In this document: piece after piece, positions 19,289 to 29,399 of the stretch | Numbering within the stretch: the stretch's first letter is position 1 | Layout: the number at the start of each line of letters is the position of its first letter | IMG/VR virus record: IMGVR_UViG_3300046499_000680 | Location: 1-64,000 of that record | Direction: 5' to 3' (one strand) | DNA: 64,000 nt | DNA from: a virus | The notes under the pieces: generated by a model | Seen by the model: the letters and a program-made list of their open reading frames with translations, nothing else | Told to the model about the DNA's origin: nothing | The model's database searches: none | Made by a program: the position numbers and the translations under genes

Positions 19289-20688
19289 TGGTCCGCAATC
19301 TCAACTGCAAAGGCTTCAGTCAGAACGCGAAACTCATCACCTCGATGGGGGGGATGGACGTGACCGGGGCGTCCTCCCTCGTCTTCCTGATGAAACCGGA
19401 AGAAGAAAGCCGCTTCTACCAGCGGCAGAACGGTGCCAACGGAACGCAGTTCGTAGTCGCAGAAAACGGCGGTGAAGGGAAACCCAGCATCCTTACCGGC
19501 GGTGGCACCGTGTTCTGCCCGACCAAATTGTATAAACGAAAAGAATGGGTGTTGCTGATCGTTCAGTTCCCCGGCGGGGCTGAAGCCAAACCGATCTTCC
19601 GGGCCTACGGCTTCGCCAGCAAAACCTGGACTCACGCCGAAGGTGCGACCAACCTCAAAGCCCCGAAAACGACGGCGGGCGGCGAAGTCATCTTCGGTAC
19701 CAGCAAAGAAGTCGGCGGCAACTTCAAGATCGCGGCCTTCGCCCAGTACGCCATCAGCTTCACCCAGGCCGAAGCCGAAGCCTTCTCCTCGATGGCGACC
19801 ATCGAAGCGATGGGGACGAAAAGCCCCGTCGCCTTCATCGACTTCGGCCAGCGCGAAGTCGCGCAGGGGATCAAGGACTGGTCCGGTAGCGGCGCGGCGC
19901 AGACCTCCCAGGAAAACAGCGAAGTGATCGAAGAAGCGCCGCCGATCTTCTTCTCGCCCAGGATGCAGATCACCTGGCTGATCGTTACCGACAGCCTCAA
20001 ACATGCCGCCCTGGAATCCTTCTTCACCGCGATCCCCTGGAACAACGGGGGCACCGGCACCTGGAGCGCGACCCTGGGCTGGGCGCCAGCCTCCTTCCTG
20101 AACTCGCCGACGATCGCCCAGGACCGGAGCGGCATCTACTTCAACACCACGACCTACACCGGCAGCGCGGCCGGGAATGCGGCGGCGGCCCTCCAGATCA
20201 GCACGAACATCGTGGCCGCAGAACGTACGCTCAACACCTGGATATTCCTCAACGCCAGCAAATCAACTCCGACGGGGTACCAGATCAGCGCGGTAGGTAC
20301 GAACCCGGCCGTCACCAGCACCTACGACATCTACATCAAAGAGTGGAACGAAGGCGTCGAAGTCAAATCGGTGAAAGTCGCCTCGCAGCTCATCGAACCG
20401 ACGGGTGAATTCGCCATCGCTGTTTTCGGCGGCGTCGTCTACGGCTTCATCAGGAAACTCTCCAGCTCTGACTGGGTGCAGGTCGCGGAATTCAGCTCGA
20501 CCACGTTCACTGAAGGCCGAGCTGGGATCGGCGGCAACGGGTCCAACCCGAAGGTCCTGAACTTCCGGGGGGCGAACCTCGACGGTCCCTCCGGTGCCGC
20601 TGGCAAAACGGTCCAGGTCCTGAAGGAAGGCGCCTTGGTCAAAGCCAAACGGTGGGTTCTGCGAAGCGGCGAACTTGTCAACGCCTGA
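19288..20688 (+). CDS. putative receptor-binding tail protein (lectin/LamG-like beta sandwiches)
   Basis: Beta-rich; STTFTEGRAGIG...NF motif; end of tail module. Confidence 0.55.
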   Translation: MVRNLNCKGFSQNAKLITSMGGMDVTGASSLVFLMKPEEESRFYQRQNGANGTQFVVAENGGEGKPSILTGGGTVFCPTKLYKRKEWVLLIVQFPGGAEAKPIFRAYGFASKTWTHAEGATNLKAPKTTAGGEVIFGTSKEVGGNFKIAAFAQYAISFTQAEAEAFSSMATIEAMGTKSPVAFIDFGQREVAQGIKDWSGSGAAQTSQENSEVIEEAPPIFFSPRMQITWLIVTDSLKHAALESFFTAIPWNNGGTGTWSATLGWAPASFLNSPTIAQDRSGIYFNTTTYTGSAAGNAAAALQISTNIVAAERTLNTWIFLNASKSTPTGYQISAVGTNPAVTSTYDIYIKEWNEGVEVKSVKVASQLIEPTGEFAIAVFGGVVYGFIRKLSSSDWVQVAEFSSTTFTEGRAGIGGNGSNPKVLNFRGANLDGPSGAAGKTVQVLKEGALVKAKRWVLRSGELVNA

Positions 20689-22151
20689 TGAAATACAACT
20701 TCACGAATGGCACCGACACGCAGAAAGAACAGTGGCGCCAGGCGGCCCACCGTTTGCTGCACCTGCCGTTCGATGAACTGCCTCTCAGCATCGAAGTCAC
20801 GTTTGTCCCGTCGAGCAGCCTGAACAAACAGACCACGCTGGCGGAGACCAACTGGTCCTACGGGTCCAGCTTCTCGACCACCGAAGTGCGCAACGACGCG
20901 CCCACCTTCGGCTCCCTTGCCAGCCTGAAGGCCGAGGCGGCGGCCCTGGGTCTCACCTGGTCAACGGAGAAGTTCTACGCCGAGACCTCCGTGCATGAGC
21001 TTGGGCACGCCGCATATGCAGCGCTGCCGGAAGACGCGCGGATCGCGATCGCCAAAATGTTCGGAGCCAAATCGGACGACATCGAAGAACTGTCGGCGCC
21101 GAGCAAATGGCAGAACCGGATCATCGAGGGTATCGCGGAGACCTTCAAGGAGGCGTTCCTGCCTGCTCGCCACCGTGTGTTTCCAAACCGTACGAATAAG
21201 AAGATCGCCTACAGCCGCTTCCCCGAATTCAGGAAACTGTTCCGCTCCTACGAAACGATGGACGGTGGCGAAGGCGGCGAAGGCGGCGGTGGGTGGAAAC
21301 CGCTGCCGAAAGCTGACACCGCGCGCATCGGCGACGACCTCCACAATGACCCCCTCGGCTTCGCCACCCCACGGGTCGGACTCTATGACCGCTATGAATG
21401 GGAAGGCAGCCCGATCGGCGGAGTACCGACCGAGCCGGTTCACTACATCTGGGGGTCACGGGCAAGCTCGAACTGGATGGGGCACGCCAACGAAAAACTC
21501 GAAGTGCGGCAGCCGATCGTGCCTCCCAACATGGCGTTCTTCGCCCCGACCGCTGAGTGGGCAGGAGGCTTCACCGAGGGGGAACCACCTGCATTCGGCT
21601 GGGTCAGTTGGAACGCTTGGCAGATGTCGGCCTTCATCGTGATCCGGGATGCCGCTGGCAAAGACTGGAGCATGGAAGTGTCACTCCAGATCATCCCCGA
21701 GGTCGAACAGAAACTCTTTGAATTCCAAACCGAACTGAAATGGTGGCTGGTTGGGCTGCGGAAGCTCCCGTTCCAGGAAACCCCCGAAACGTTGTACGGC
21801 TCCAGTGTCCTCTCGATCATCCTGGACGGTTGGGGGGTCAGCGGCGAGGAAATCTTCCAGGCATGGGAAGCCAAAGGGCAGACCATCACCCGCAACGAAG
21901 ACGGCAGCGACGTGTACTTCATGCGGGCTGGCGCGTTCTGCGCTTGCGGCAACGCAAACCTGCTGGCGCAGGTGCCGCCGCGCCGGACGATCGAAGCCGA
22001 GCCGCTGGAAGAAAACATGCTCGAACTCTGGGCGCGGCCCCTCGAAGCGACTGAAGAAGAAGGCACGAAAGTCAGCATGACCGCGCCCGGCGGATCGCTC
22101 GAACCGACCGGCTCCAAGAGCGGGCGCCACCTGCACCCAGTCGCCTCCTGA
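20688..22151 (+). CDS. zincin-like metallopeptidase domain protein
   Basis: HELGH (HExxH) with downstream EGIAETF third-ligand motif. Confidence 0.6.
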   Translation: MKYNFTNGTDTQKEQWRQAAHRLLHLPFDELPLSIEVTFVPSSSLNKQTTLAETNWSYGSSFSTTEVRNDAPTFGSLASLKAEAAALGLTWSTEKFYAETSVHELGHAAYAALPEDARIAIAKMFGAKSDDIEELSAPSKWQNRIIEGIAETFKEAFLPARHRVFPNRTNKKIAYSRFPEFRKLFRSYETMDGGEGGEGGGGWKPLPKADTARIGDDLHNDPLGFATPRVGLYDRYEWEGSPIGGVPTEPVHYIWGSRASSNWMGHANEKLEVRQPIVPPNMAFFAPTAEWAGGFTEGEPPAFGWVSWNAWQMSAFIVIRDAAGKDWSMEVSLQIIPEVEQKLFEFQTELKWWLVGLRKLPFQETPETLYGSSVLSIILDGWGVSGEEIFQAWEAKGQTITRNEDGSDVYFMRAGAFCACGNANLLAQVPPRRTIEAEPLEENMLELWARPLEATEEEGTKVSMTAPGGSLEPTGSKSGRHLHPVAS

Positions 22152-22155
22152 ACGA

Positions 22156-22183
22156 CGAAGGGCCGCCTCTCGGCGGCCCTTCG
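22156..22183. terminator. hairpin between convergent genes
   Basis: 12-bp perfect stem CGAAGGGCCGCC-tctc-GGCGGCCCTTCG. Confidence 0.7.
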
Positions 22184-22204
22184 ATGCGGCGGGAGAGCGA
22201 GGGG

Positions 22205-22684
22205 CTACGCCGGGGGCGCGCCCTCCGGCGGGGTCTCGCCCTCGGGCGGGGTGCCCTCGGCGGGCGGGGTCTCCCCGGCGGGCGGCTCGCCACCTTCGGC
22301 GGGCGGGACCTCGCCGCCGCCCTCGGGCGGAGCGGGCGGCGCGGCGGCGGTCGCCAGCGCGGTCGCCACGTCGGTCACCTTGCTGGTGATACCGTCGATC
22401 TGCTCCTGCGTGATCTCTCCGGCGGTGAGCTGCGCTACCTCGTCCTTCAGGGCGGTCAGCTCGGCCACGGCCGCGCCCTCCGCCGCCGCGAGGGCGTCCA
22501 CCGCCGCTTCGAGTCCTTCGACGTTTGCCATCAGTCGGTTCACCTTTCTGTGCAGGGCGCCGAGGGACAGCAGGATCAGACGGACCTCGGGGCCAAGGTT
22601 GATCTCGATGTCGATCTCGATCTCCTCCAGCTCCTCCGACCGGCAACCCAACTGCTCCAGGATGCGCCTCTCGTTGTCGTTCAT
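22205..22684 (-). CDS. coiled-coil protein with PPAEG/PPEG repeat tail
   Basis: Good codon bias on minus strand; TATGGT 7 nt upstream of ATG (leaderless-like). Confidence 0.55.
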   Translation of the reverse strand: MNDNERRILEQLGCRSEELEEIEIDIEINLGPEVRLILLSLGALHRKVNRLMANVEGLEAAVDALAAAEGAAVAELTALKDEVAQLTAGEITQEQIDGITSKVTDVATALATAAAPPAPPEGGGEVPPAEGGEPPAGETPPAEGTPPEGETPPEGAPPA

Positions 22685-22816
22685 CCGGGGCACCATACCC
22701 CCTCGCAGCGACGACGCGGTGAACAGCTTGTCGCGATTTGCGGGATCGAGCCTGGTGGCGTCGTGGGCGCCCGCTACTGTCGTCGGCCCAGACAGGCCCA
22801 GCGAAGGAGACAGGCG

Positions 22817-23881
22817 ATGGCAGATGCGGTGGATGCGACCCTTGAGCGGCGGATAGGCCAGGAGGGCAGCCGCTGGTACAACGCTCCTCCGACCGGCGCC
22901 GAACTCGCCAAGTGGTTCGAGGAGAACGTCCCGCTGCACGACGGTCTGGTGCCGAAACCTTACGTCCCCGGCGTGACGATGATCCCGGCGACGGAGAAAG
23001 CCAAGACCGTCACCGGCTGGCAGGGCAACACCCCGATCATCCAGCAGATCGAGAACCTGGTTTTCGTCCCGTACGCGAAGGTCGAGACCAGGGTGAAGTA
23101 TTTCCACGACCTCATGGCGAAGCACGACGACTGGCTGGGTGTGATCGAGCCGGTCGCCACCGAGAAACAGGTCGCCACCCTCCCGAAAGGCTTCTTCCGC
23201 TTCCAGGTGCAGACCGACAAGGGGGTCGTGAACTACGTCTGCTGCACCATGAAGGTCACCGTCTTCGACCGCGAGAGCGTAACCGTCAAGGAGAGGTTGA
23301 ACCCCAAGACCGGCGAGCTGGAACGTTGGCGCGACGGAAAGACGATCATCGACTCCGCCCCCGCCACCAAGATGATCGCCACCCTCGATCGCTGGGGCGC
23401 CGATGACTACTCGCTGATGAAGGCCGAGACCGGCGCCGTCGGCCGCGCGCTCGGAATGGCTGGGATGCTCGTCATCCCCGGCACCGGGATCGCGACCGCC
23501 GAGGACATGCAGGAGGCCAGCGCGGCGGAGGGCCGCTCGACCCCGGCGCTCCCGGAGGAGACCGGCGAGGCGGCCCAGGCGCCACCCGTCACCACCCAGG
23601 AGGCGGCCGACCGCGAGGCCCTGACCGACGCCCGCCAGGAAGCCGTGCTGCTCCTCAACACGATCAAAGAGGAGTTCCCGCCGCTGTTCGAGGGCTTCCT
23701 GGAGTGGGCGAAAGAGCGGAAAATCGGCGAGGTCGGCAAACTCGATGACCTGCGCATCCTGCGCGGCATCGTCACCAAAGCCGAGCGCGAGCTGGCGGAG
23801 GCTCGGGAGAAACGGGCCGCCGACGCCAAGGCCGAGGCGCCCACCGTGGAAACTCCGGCCGCCGACGCCGACCAGGGCTGA
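22817..23881 (+). CDS. putative ssDNA-annealing recombinase (Sak/Rad52-like)
   Basis: AGGAG RBS; YAKVETRV and KAETGAVGRALG motifs; near exonuclease. Confidence 0.55.
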   Translation: MADAVDATLERRIGQEGSRWYNAPPTGAELAKWFEENVPLHDGLVPKPYVPGVTMIPATEKAKTVTGWQGNTPIIQQIENLVFVPYAKVETRVKYFHDLMAKHDDWLGVIEPVATEKQVATLPKGFFRFQVQTDKGVVNYVCCTMKVTVFDRESVTVKERLNPKTGELERWRDGKTIIDSAPATKMIATLDRWGADDYSLMKAETGAVGRALGMAGMLVIPGTGIATAEDMQEASAAEGRSTPALPEETGEAAQAPPVTTQEAADREALTDARQEAVLLLNTIKEEFPPLFEGFLEWAKERKIGEVGKLDDLRILRGIVTKAERELAEAREKRAADAKAEAPTVETPAADADQG

Positions 23882-23982
23882 AACGGGAGAGGCCCGATGA
23901 CGAATGAAACGCCACCGGGCCTCTTGCAGAGCGCAGCCCGCGAAAGCTGCTGGTCGGATCGGAAAGCTATAGGTGCGTTCGG

Positions 23983-24477
23983 ATGAACTTTCGACTGGAG
24001 TTGGCCGAAACGCCGCCGAGCCTCAACCGCTTCGGCTCCGTCGGCGGCGGGACCTACTACCTCTACACCCGGCTGAAGAAGGAATGGCAGCAGACGCTCG
24101 GGGTCGCTCTGATGGCGGCCGGGGTGCCGCGCGGGATGGGGAAGGTCACGGCGACGGCGACGATGCGCTTCAGCACCCGCCGCAAGCGCGACGAGGGCAA
24201 CTTCCGCTTCATGCTGGAGAAGGTCCTGGGCGACACGCTGGTGAACGGCGGCTGGCTGGAGGACGACACCGAGGGCGCCTTCACGTTCGGCGCCGTCACC
24301 TTCGATCCCGAGGTGGGCGATCCGCTGACCATCATCGACCTGGTGGTCGAGTCGCCAGACGAGGCTCGGCAAGCAGCGGCTGCCGTATCACCAAACGCGC
24401 AACGGGAGTCGGGCGAAAAGCTATCGGCCCCATCAGCTTCGCCGGGCCGCCGCTGGCGCCGGAGGGTCAAGGGGTGA
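23983..24477 (+). CDS. RusA-like Holliday junction resolvase
   Basis: PPSLN, RKRDEGNF, GDTLV...LEDD motifs. Confidence 0.65.
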   Translation: MNFRLELAETPPSLNRFGSVGGGTYYLYTRLKKEWQQTLGVALMAAGVPRGMGKVTATATMRFSTRRKRDEGNFRFMLEKVLGDTLVNGGWLEDDTEGAFTFGAVTFDPEVGDPLTIIDLVVESPDEARQAAAAVSPNAQRESGEKLSAPSASPGRRWRRRVKG

Positions 24478-24686
24478 GCAGCTTGTTCCGCATCCCGGAG
24501 TTCGAGCCGCCGCCCGGCGAGCCGAGCTGGGCCGTGATCGGCGGCCTGGTCGCGGCGGCCGTCATCTGCGCGATCGTGATCCTGGTGGTCAGCGGCTGCG
24601 GCAGCCAGGACCCCTGCAAGGAACTGGTCGGCGTCATCAAGGGCATCCCGATCTTCCGCGACAAGCCCGGCTGCGTGGCGCCGTGA
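24474..24686 (+). CDS. small membrane protein / lipoprotein
   Basis: GTGA overlap; hydrophobic helix followed by VSGC lipobox-like sequence. Confidence 0.5.
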   Translation: MSSLFRIPEFEPPPGEPSWAVIGGLVAAAVICAIVILVVSGCGSQDPCKELVGVIKGIPIFRDKPGCVAP

Positions 24687-25840
24687 AGATTCCGAGCAAC
24701 CAGGTCGGGATTTCCGACATCAACACCTACCGCGACTGCCCGGTCCGCTTCGAGTATGCGATCCGGCGCTGGACGGAGGGGTCCGAGCCGCCGGAGCGAA
24801 AGCACCCCGACATCATGTACGGCTCGGCGATCCACCACGCGATCCACCTCATGGAGGCCGAGGTCCTGCCGATGGAGGAGGCGGTGCAGCGGGCCTTTGA
24901 CGAGTTCGCGGGCTACCTCGATCCCGAAGACATGCGGCGGCTGGAGGACGACCTGGCGACCTACGTGCGCCGCGACTACAAAGGCGTCCGCACCATCGCC
25001 AACGAGACCGAAGTGCGGGTCCCGCTGTTCGTCGTCGGCGGCGAGACCATCCACTTCCGGGCGAAGCTCGATCGCGTCTACGAGCGCATCGCCCAGCCCG
25101 GCTCGTTCGTCCACATCGACTACAAGTCGTCCAAGTGGCGGAAGACGGAGCAGGAGGTCCACGAAGACATCCAGATGTGGGCCTACAACATGGCGATCTT
25201 CGAGTGGTGGCCGGAGTGTGATCGGTTGACGCAGGTGTACGACCAGCTCATGTACGGCGCCGTGCCGACGCGGAAGTCGGCGGCGCAGCGAGCGCAGATG
25301 AAAACCTGGCTGAAGCGTCAGGTTCGGGCGATCCTGAACAACACCAACCCCGAGCCGAAGTTCAACCAGTGGTGCCCTTACTGCGCGCTCCTCCCTGACT
25401 GCCCCGAGCCGAAGCGTACGGCGGAGTTTGCGGCAGCGCGGATCGCGGGCCTTGCACCGCCCGACCCGGAGAGCGGTAAGCTCGTCCTCGACCCCGACCT
25501 GATGGACGTATATGTATCCGAGCTTCCCGAACTCAAAACCGCAAAGAAAGCGATCGAGGAGTTCGAGAAGGCGGTCACCAAAGCCCTCCAGGACATGCCC
25601 GAGGCGGTCCGGGCCTACCACGGCTACCGGCTCAAAGGCGGCCGGAAAATGGACGCCTGGACTCCCGAGGCGATGCGGATTGCGCACGAAGCCCTCGGCG
25701 ATGATTTCTACGCCCTCGTCAAGATGACTAAGACGCGCGCGAAAGAGTACCTGGGGGGGGACAAGGAAAAGCTGGAGCAGTTGCTGAACCTCGCCGAAAA
25801 AGAGGCGGGTAAGCCCTCCCTGGAGAAGCTAGGTGAGTAG
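24683..25840 (+). CDS. Cas4/RecB-like PD-(D/E)XK exonuclease
   Basis: YRDCP, KLDRV, IDYKS, QMWAY, CPYC-x4-C. Confidence 0.85.
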   Translation: MKIPSNQVGISDINTYRDCPVRFEYAIRRWTEGSEPPERKHPDIMYGSAIHHAIHLMEAEVLPMEEAVQRAFDEFAGYLDPEDMRRLEDDLATYVRRDYKGVRTIANETEVRVPLFVVGGETIHFRAKLDRVYERIAQPGSFVHIDYKSSKWRKTEQEVHEDIQMWAYNMAIFEWWPECDRLTQVYDQLMYGAVPTRKSAAQRAQMKTWLKRQVRAILNNTNPEPKFNQWCPYCALLPDCPEPKRTAEFAAARIAGLAPPDPESGKLVLDPDLMDVYVSELPELKTAKKAIEEFEKAVTKALQDMPEAVRAYHGYRLKGGRKMDAWTPEAMRIAHEALGDDFYALVKMTKTRAKEYLGGDKEKLEQLLNLAEKEAGKPSLEKLGE

Positions 25841-26102
25841 GGCCTGGGACATCTGCTGGGGCGGCTGGAGTAAACGGCCATCGCATCCGAGAGGGGCGCG
25901 ATGACGAGCTAAAACGCAACGAGCCTCCCCGGTCTACTGGCTGGTAGCTGTGGGGAGGCCCGCGCATTGCACCGATCCGGTCGTTCCTTCGCCCTCCCAC
26001 ATAGCAGGGTTGAAGCCCCGGCCTTTTCGGTGCCTGAAGGCTATCAGCACGGGTGCAGAAAAGCAGCAAAACGCGAAGAAAACTGGTCAACGGAGGTGCG
26101 GT

Positions 26103-27026
26103 ATGAGCGCAGAGGCAACGTCCTGGGCCTGGAGCCACGGACACACGGTCGAAGGCTCAGGGCAGCTATTGGTGCTGCTGGCCCTGGCAGAGCATGCAAC
26201 CCCCGACGGAGAGTCTTTCCCCAACCGGCGCACGATCGCGCGGATGTGCGGGTTCTCTCCGAAACCGAGCGGGCAGGGCAACGTCACGAAGCACATGAAC
26301 GCCCTCGAAGCCCTCGGCCTGATCGCGAAAGCGCCGCGATTTGAAGCCGAAAAAGCTGGTCGGCAGACCTCGAACATCTACCAACTCCAGTTGCAGCAAT
26401 CGGGATCGACCCCCAGTGGCGCAGTAGCTACCCCCCCCGTATCTCCTGGGCCACCCCCCCCCGGTGCCCCCAGTAAACCCCTGGAACCCACTGCTTCTAA
26501 CCAAACAACGAACCAACAGACTGTGGGCGAGGATGTGAAAGAGGTGTACGGCCACTTCCTCACGATCTTCAAGCCGGACACGGCTCCAAAGCTCGGCCCT
26601 TCACTGATCCGTCAGATCGAAAAGGGCCTGAAGGAGTACGACGCCACCGCTCTCTGCCGCGCCGTCGAGGGACTGCGCGAGTGGCGGAAGCAGAAGCCGG
26701 GGAAGGAAACCCTGGGGGCCATCTTCGATACCTACCCCGGCGGCAAGCCTCTCACCGAGCAGATCGCGTTCTTCATCTCCCGGGCGAAAGGTTCAACCGG
26801 AGTCGGGCGAAGTTTTCCGTCCGCCGATCGTGCCATCGTCGCGGAGAAGCAGAGGCTGGTGCAGCGAGGCCACCGACTCCAGCAGAACGAGGAAGCGGTG
26901 AAACAGGCGAAGGAAGCAGAGGCATGGCTACGCGAACACGGGATCGGAACGACGCTCAAACCAGACGGCCACCCCGTGTTCGCCCCACTCGCAGCTCCCG
27001 ACGCCGACGCGGGGAGTGCCAGTTGA
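26103..27026 (+). CDS. replication initiator with N-terminal HTH
   Basis: GGAGG RBS; LLVLLALAEHA...SFPNRRTIARMCG...QTSNIYQL; upstream of dnaB. Confidence 0.75.
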   Translation: MSAEATSWAWSHGHTVEGSGQLLVLLALAEHATPDGESFPNRRTIARMCGFSPKPSGQGNVTKHMNALEALGLIAKAPRFEAEKAGRQTSNIYQLQLQQSGSTPSGAVATPPVSPGPPPPGAPSKPLEPTASNQTTNQQTVGEDVKEVYGHFLTIFKPDTAPKLGPSLIRQIEKGLKEYDATALCRAVEGLREWRKQKPGKETLGAIFDTYPGGKPLTEQIAFFISRAKGSTGVGRSFPSADRAIVAEKQRLVQRGHRLQQNEEAVKQAKEAEAWLREHGIGTTLKPDGHPVFAPLAAPDADAGSAS

Positions 27027-28396
27027 CGCAGGTGAAACCTCCCCACTCCCTGGAGGCGGAGCGCGCCGTCCTCGGCAGGATTCTCGCCTACGGGGTGAAG
27101 GTTGCTGGCGAGGTCATCGAGACCAAGCTGGAGCCTCGACACTTCTACGTGCCCGCCCACCAGGTTCTCTACGAGGCCGTCTACGACGCCTACTACTCCG
27201 ACTCGCCCATCGAGCCGCTGGCGATCGGCGACTCGACCTCGAAGCGGCTGGCGAAGGTGTGGTCGTGCGACGAGCAGGATGCGCAGGTCCGGGTCCGGGA
27301 GCTGGCGACGGGCCAGACCTTCACCGGCTCGATCATCGACCACGCGAAAGTCGTCAAGCGGAAGTGGGACCTGCGGCAAATCCTGGAGGTCGCCGCGACG
27401 ATGCAGCACCAGGTCGCCGAGGAGCAGAAATCGCCCGAGGAAATCGCGGGCATCGCCTCCCAGGAATCCATGAAGATCGCGACCTCGACCCTCCTGACCC
27501 ATGAGCTGATCCAGTTCGGCGAGCTGGGCCGCCGGTTCGTCAAACGCGCCCGGCTGCTCCGCAAGGCCCGCGAAAGCGGCCTGGAGCTGGGCGCCTACAC
27601 GGGCCTCGACTTCATCGACAAGTACACGCGCGGCATCCAGCCCGGCGAGCTGGTCATCGGCGGCGGCGAGCCGGGAGTCGGCAAGTCGGCGATCTGGTGG
27701 AAGGCCGGGATGGGCTTCGCCGAACGCCAGATGGCGAAGCCGGAGGAGGACCGGATCGGCACGTTCATCCTCTCACTGGAGATGTCGGAGCCGCCGTCGA
27801 GCGACCGCATCGCCTCCTCCGTCGCGTCGATCGACGGCGGGCGCATCCGCGAAGGCGACGTGGACGAAAACATGATGCGGACGATCATCTACGAGTGGGG
27901 GCGCAGGAAAGACATCCCCCTGATCTTCAACTTCACCTCGATGCTCAGGGCTTCGCAGCTCCGCGCGCTTGTTGTCGAGGCCATCCGCAAGTACAACGTC
28001 GGTCTGGTCGTCATCGACCACTTCCGCTACTTCGACATGGACAAGCGGCACCCGAACCAGGTGCAGGAGGACGAGGAAAAGGCCCGCTTCCTGAAGGAGG
28101 CGATCGCGAAGGAGCTGAACGTCGCCGTCGTCTGCCTCGCCCACACCACCAAGGGGATCGAGAACCAGCCGGACCGGCGGCCGACCCTCTCGCATCTTCG
28201 CGGCTCCGGCCAGGTCGCCGCGCACGCCGACTTCGTGAACTTCATGTACCGGCCTTACGCCTACGCCACCGACGAGCAGAAAGCACTGGGCGAAATCCGC
28301 GAAACCGACGCGGAGCTGATCTGGAAAAAGAACCGCCACGGCCTCGACGGGATCGCACCGTTCCACTTCGAGCCGTCAATCATGCACATCAAATAG
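27023..28396 (+). CDS. dnaB: replicative DnaB-like helicase
   Basis: PPHSLEAERAVLG, GEPGVGKS, LSLEMS, VVIDH, LRGSG, KNRHG. Confidence 0.92.
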   Translation: MTQVKPPHSLEAERAVLGRILAYGVKVAGEVIETKLEPRHFYVPAHQVLYEAVYDAYYSDSPIEPLAIGDSTSKRLAKVWSCDEQDAQVRVRELATGQTFTGSIIDHAKVVKRKWDLRQILEVAATMQHQVAEEQKSPEEIAGIASQESMKIATSTLLTHELIQFGELGRRFVKRARLLRKARESGLELGAYTGLDFIDKYTRGIQPGELVIGGGEPGVGKSAIWWKAGMGFAERQMAKPEEDRIGTFILSLEMSEPPSSDRIASSVASIDGGRIREGDVDENMMRTIIYEWGRRKDIPLIFNFTSMLRASQLRALVVEAIRKYNVGLVVIDHFRYFDMDKRHPNQVQEDEEKARFLKEAIAKELNVAVVCLAHTTKGIENQPDRRPTLSHLRGSGQVAAHADFVNFMYRPYAYATDEQKALGEIRETDAELIWKKNRHGLDGIAPFHFEPSIMHIK

Positions 28397-28411
28397 AGAG
28401 GAAACGACCTG

Positions 28412-29395
28412 ATGGACGACACCGCAACCCACGTCGAGCCGACCCCCCCGGCCGAGGACGCTGCTCCCCCGGCCGAGCCGACCGGCGCCGAACCAGACCC
28501 CTTCGCCGAGATTCCCTCGGACCCGCTCGGCGAGGGCGGCGAGGAGCTGCCGCCCGGCGTCCAGCCCGGCAGTCTCGGGGGCGACAACCCCAGTGCCGAG
28601 GAGGCGGAGCGGGCCGCCCAGGCGGAGGCCGACGCCGCCGCCGAGGCCGAGGCCGACGCGGCGGCGGAGGAGCCGTTGGCCGAGGAGCCGATGGGCGGGG
28701 AGTTCCTGGAGGAACCGCCCGAGCCGGACGACCTCGCCGCCGACCCGCCGCCGGAGCCGGAGGCCGCGCCGCCGGTCGAGGAGCCGACCCCCGAGCCGGA
28801 CCCGCTGGCGGCCACCGACGACACGCCTCCAGCAGAAGCTGCAACTCCCGTTGAGGGTTCAGGGGGTTCCCCCCTTGGGGGGGACCCCCTGGGTTCCGAC
28901 GGAGCGGACGTTTCGCCCCCGGCCGCCGAGCCGGACGCGGAGCCGGAGCCGCCCGCCGCGCCGCCCGCTGAGGACCCGCCGCTCCCGGCCAACCCGCCAG
29001 GGGATGGCGGCGAGACCCCGGCGGCGGCTGAGCCGGAGCCGGAGCCGAAACCGGCCAAACGGAAACGGAAACCGCGCAAAAAGAAGGCCGAGAAAGGCCG
29101 CCGGGGCTACGTGGTCCTGCGGCTCTCGGAGCGGACCGAGGCCGTGGTCGATGGGACCTTCTACCCGATCTGGGTCGAGGCGTTCGAGCGGGAGATTCCG
29201 ATCGGCGACGACGGCAGCGAGCCGGTCACGATCGACACGCGGTCGGGCGAAATGGCGCTCCGCAACGCCTACCGCAAACTCACCGAGAACGGTGAGGCCA
29301 CGATGGAGCTGGTCGCGATCCCGGCCAAGCTGTTCAACCCGAAGAAGGTGGAGGGCAAGGTCCCGGACAACGCCCTCACGATCAAAGTCCAGTAG
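28412..29395 (+). CDS. acidic Pro/Glu/Ala-rich protein with basic patch and globular C-terminus
   Basis: RBS GAGAGG; composition. Confidence 0.7.
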   Translation: MDDTATHVEPTPPAEDAAPPAEPTGAEPDPFAEIPSDPLGEGGEELPPGVQPGSLGGDNPSAEEAERAAQAEADAAAEAEADAAAEEPLAEEPMGGEFLEEPPEPDDLAADPPPEPEAAPPVEEPTPEPDPLAATDDTPPAEAATPVEGSGGSPLGGDPLGSDGADVSPPAAEPDAEPEPPAAPPAEDPPLPANPPGDGGETPAAAEPEPEPKPAKRKRKPRKKKAEKGRRGYVVLRLSERTEAVVDGTFYPIWVEAFEREIPIGDDGSEPVTIDTRSGEMALRNAYRKLTENGEATMELVAIPAKLFNPKKVEGKVPDNALTIKVQ

Positions 29396-29399
29396 TCGA

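Noticed and set aside
22205-22335. Tandem DNA repeats
   Set aside because: Explained by PPAEG/PPEG coding repeats
24683-25840. Cas4 as sign of a CRISPR system
   Set aside because: No array or other cas genes; context is phage recombination
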